Shown piece after piece: positions 59,913 through 64,000 of a stretch of DNA of 64,000 nucleotides (its first letter is position 1; every line of letters starts with the position of its first letter). The stretch spans positions 7,489,079 through 7,553,078 of the forward strand of contig OZ316898.1 of NCBI GenBank assembly GCA_973895155.1. Reading direction: 5' to 3'. The translations under genes and the position numbers were made by a program. Below the pieces are notes generated by a model. That model did no database searches. It was not told the DNA's origin and saw only the letters and a program-made list of their open reading frames with translations. The stretch comes from Marsupella aquatica. Taxonomy: Eukaryota; Plantae; Marchantiophyta.

Positions 59913-62900
59913 TTACTGATGTGTAAGAGACCACTCCAAAGTTTCACCTGCACAAATGGGAATGACAATGCCGGAGCCAAATTTGTAATCCGTAGGAATC
60001 TTCCATGGAACTCTGTCTAGTGTTACTGTAGTTCTATTAACAGGAAGCCCATAGAAAAGAGGGCCATTGAAACTCGCAAATGCCTCAAGTTTGTCAAGTG
60101 CTCCTGCCTGAAACAATCCAGGAATATTAAAAGTCGGGTTAGATGTTGCATCCATTTACTGACCTATTCTAAATACCAATAAGCATATTCCAGCACTCCA
60201 TACACTGCCCGGCATCTGCAGCGATAGGCGAAAGAGTGGTATGATGAAACCAGTTCATGGCAGCCACGAGCTTCGATTTGCCAGTTTATAATTGCCCAAC
60301 GGGGGAAAAATTGCTTCTTATGAGGTGCTGTTTTCAGGAATATTTCCTTTTGGCTTTAACTGTTCTTATTGCAGAAAACTGTGCTCCGTCGACCATAGAC
60401 AGTGATCTCTTCGGATGACAATGTGAATTTGATCGGTAAGAAAACAAAAAACGGTACTCAGGTGCATACATCGACAAGTTGAGTTCCTCTTGATAGATTG
60501 CACGAGAGACAAAAGCAAAATAGGACGTAAAACTTACTTGATCAAAGACTTGAGCATAAAGAGGTAGAGCAACAGGCGCAGAGTAGATGCCGGCGCATCC
60601 GCAAGAAGTCTCTTTTGCCTGTCGTTCATGTGGAGCACTATCTGTGCCAAGGAAATACTGTTTGCTTCCACTGGTGACGGCTGACACTAAAGCTTGTCCT
60701 GAGCATGCAAACAAGTGAATAGTCCAAAATTAGAAGCGAAGTCACCTTGTACATGCTACAGGTGTACAACTTACTCAACTTCTTATGCTTAAACAACGAA
60801 ATATTTGATTCAGGAGTTCACTTCAAATACGAATCTCGATGAGCTGTTTGGATGAATACAATCTCTTGTAGACATAAGATATACATCTAGGGGATGAATG
60901 TAAAAAGTGAGAGTGGAATCAAGATACAATCGGGAGATAAAAGAAGAGGTACCTACTGTGCTTCTCCCGCTTTAACACAGGTAGACAATAGTTGTGCGGT
61001 TGCAGTCCACCTTTAAAAATGGCGTTCCGATTGAGAAGCAAATGCTGCGGCGTTACAGTTGCAGATAATAGTCCTGACAACGGAGTTTAGGACGGCCATT
61101 TTGTGAATTAGACAGAATACAGACGAATATGTTGATCTTCAAGTCAATGCATCCCCAAAAACGCAAGAGAAAAAGTACACACAGGCTATTTGCCACAAAT
61201 GACGAGTATCCCTAACCACAACATCCACCTCGGTTGGAAAAGAAGGGATTATGCCATATTCAATCAACACTTTGCCACATTCATCAGTCGTAGTGCGGAT
61301 TGTACCATTAGAACGCGATTTGATGAATTCCACAGCATCTTGTGTGGTTATATGCTCCATCACAACCTTGAGGTGTGGTATCCTTTCCACCAGTGGCGAT
61401 AGCACTGTTTCAATGAAAACCCGTTCACGATCAAAGATATCTACATCTTGGTCAGCGACTTCTCCATGCACCTGCATATATTGCAAGAAAACAACCTTAA
61501 TGATCCAAAAATGGAAATACAAAGCTAAGGACACACTCGAGGAGTATCCCAATAAAGCCTTTTCTAGTTTTATCTGCAAATCTTCACTAGGCAAGGGAAT
61601 CAATACTTTACTCAACAAAGAAACATTTCTGACATTTTTGATAGACAACATTGTAATATTTCCTAGTAGTATTAGTTCGAGAAATCATGATACCGCTCTC
61701 CCTAAACCCTAAACCCTTAATGGAAATTCACAGATGTATAGAACAGAAAGGCAACGCGCTGTCTTGATTCGTCGAATTCTGTGAGGCCATCCTCACAGAT
61801 CAATGCTTACCAATAATGGAAGCCCTTGCTCGGCCATTTCTTCAAGCACTGGCATACACTTGCCAAACAGATCTGTAACACCTGCTTGTGAATTTGTGGT
61901 AGCCCCAGCTGGGTATAATTTCACAGCAACTACGATCCCACTTTCCTCTGCCATGTAAATGGGGCCCATCAGAACCACTCTAAAATCTTGATAACCAGTA
62001 GAGCCGACTCAGAATTCCTTTGATCATTTTGCTAAACCAAGCATGAAGTTTTTCTTCTTTCAGCATATTATCAGAATTTCAGGGCAGGCACCCAAAATGT
62101 TCCCATTAGGTCAAACTTGAATGGTATGTACAATGTGAGTGCAGAGATCTACTTGCAAGCTTGATCTCATCCCTTGTTGTAGAATCTGTCAAGTACAGGG
62201 TCATGAGTGGCTCGAATTCAGAATTGCTTGGCAACACTGATAATATACGTTCTCGGTATGCCCGCGCAGCAGCAACCGTTGTCACTGGAGGCTTTAAATT
62301 AGGCATTATTATCGCACGCCGGAATGTTGATGCACTGCATGTTTAAGAAGATATTTTCCAGTCAAGTACCTATGAGATCTATTACATCATATGTCGTGCT
62401 CAAAATAGATGATTCATAGAGTCCATATTTCTTCCCTCAAAACAGAGTAGAAGAATGAAATTCAAAACTAGTGTGTACCTATGAGGAACGACGGATGAAA
62501 GAACATCCCCATCGCGCACATGAAGATGCCAATCGTCGGGTCGCGTAATAGTCAGACGTTGTATTTGGTTCGAGGACACATTCACTTTCCCCTGTGATGC
62601 CGTTGCGTCTTGGGTTGCCTGCGCTCTGCAACATTAAATAAATTCTCACAACATGTAGACATTGCACACGGAGCTGTTTCTCTACCAAAAGTCTCTACCA
62701 AATTCGAGGGAAATATAGAGAGCATCTTGGCAGTGACATCTCAACCGAGATTATTGAAAGCTACGGTTGACTGATACGACCCGTGCAACTCAGGGCAACA
62801 CTGACCTGCGCAGCTCGCCATCTGATGGAGAATTCAACCCTGAATCGCCTTCCATCTGTTCACACCCACCCGCCACAGGGTAAAGGTTGACATCCCAGAA

Positions 62901-63154
62901 ACGCACAAAGAATTCTTCCGCATTCTACAGTGATGATGCCATTCCCACATTTCTCGTCGTTCGACGCAAAACCTAAATTTTAAAAGCCAGACTCTCAAAT
63001 TTGACGAAAGCAAGGAAATCCTCTAATCCCAACATCCTACCAACTGCTGCATTTTTCCGGTTGGCTTACCACAACGGTGCGTCTTTTGTGGGAGGCGATT
63101 AGAGGGGAAAAACATTGGAGCAGCAGCAGCAGAAGACCTCATTATGGACGCCAT
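59913..63154 (-). CDS. PYR4: Dihydroorotase (multi-exon, organellar targeting peptide); 5' exons less certain
   Basis: [86 protein letters not shown]...[48 protein letters not shown]. Putative start [12 protein letters not shown] at 63154. Confidence 0.93.
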
Positions 63155-64000
63155 CGATTCTCCGCTTTGCCCGGCCCAATTTCGACTTTATGCAGGTGGA
63201 CTGTCTGATGCCAGGCCCGGGCAGGCCGGGCGAAAGCTGACCTTCGTTTGGGAACTTTGACAGATATCACCTTCTTATCGTAATAACGCTCTTCCACATT
63301 CGCTCTTTCGCACTTTTGCTCTTGGCTCCTCTCATTCCTCGAACATCAGAGCTGCAGGAAGTCAGGAACCTAAAGCCACCGAAGCTTAACGACTTCCACC
63401 TTTGACTGGATTGCTCTTTAATGGAGCTCCTGCGAGTTTCTGCTATCATTGAAAAGCTCGTTTCACCTTCGAGACGCACATGCAGCAACTGTCCGAACTC
63501 GCAAAACCTTTACCATGATGTGCAGTCTTGCTTCCTTGCTGTGGGCCATAGCCACGAGCTCTACGCATATGCAAACACACGACTGACATTTAAGGTTTAG
63601 TACCACGATTACCCACATAGATATGAATAATTTTTTTTGTTTGCATAACATCTTTTTTATGCTATTTCAATTAATCTTTGTCCCATATTTATTTTTAACA
63701 CCAAAGCCCGGATGGATTGGGAGGTTGTCTCCGAACATCCCGTGAGCATCTTAGACCTAATGATGAGAAAATCTAGGTAATATTCCTTCTCTCATTACCC
63801 GTTTACCCACAATTTAAGTACGTTGGGAGACTTTGTGCACCTAAAAGTGAACTGCAAACATGCATGAATGAAATAAAGGTGAAATAAAGACCTCTACAAT
63901 GGCAAAGTACTCCAAATGCTTATTGTAACAAGAGCAACTCTCTCAAAAGATTTCTCAACCATACCCTCTTAAATTAAAATCTCAGGTAACTTTGCTGCAA

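Noticed and set aside
59913-63154. Bacterial PyrC-like dihydroorotase as a horizontal transfer
   Set aside because: Plant dihydroorotases are normally of this type, and the gene has spliceosomal introns and a targeting peptide.
1-64000. tRNA, rRNA or snRNA genes
   Set aside because: None recognised by eye; tRNAscan-SE or Infernal would be needed to exclude them.

Overview
Land-plant nuclear DNA, probably from a non-seed plant (bryophyte, lycophyte or fern). This is inferred from the TE families, short GT-AG introns and TTTAGGG motifs. The left half (1 to about 31 kb) is TE-dense. It starts with the 3' end of a Ty3/gypsy element (integrase tail, PPT, complete 1.43-kb LTR) inserted into a CACTA/En-Spm DNA transposon of at least 13.8 kb (minus strand, putative CACTACAAAA terminus at 15508). 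Degenerate LTR-like repeats and MITEs follow. The right half has five host genes: LSM1, a plastid Gly-rich membrane protein, 3beta-HSD/decarboxylase-reticulon, cpSRP43 and dihydroorotase. It also has a GDP-mannose pyrophosphorylase retro-pseudogene split by a ~140-bp satellite, a LINE ORF1 remnant, and a CRE-like non-LTR retrotransposon with a restriction-like endonuclease. The best candidate for a new system is inside the CACTA element. Between its terminus and its transposase lie three open, co-oriented, single-domain ORFs: an EDM2-type composite PHD finger, a tandem-BRCT protein and an F-box-like protein. Each ORF is preceded by a 3' splice acceptor, and AATAAA signals lie between some of them. 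This suggests a transposon-borne chromatin-reading, DNA-repair and ubiquitin toolkit expressed by alternative splicing and polyadenylation. All domain calls are by-eye motif recognition, not database searches. Several 1-bp deletions in conserved frames may be assembly errors.
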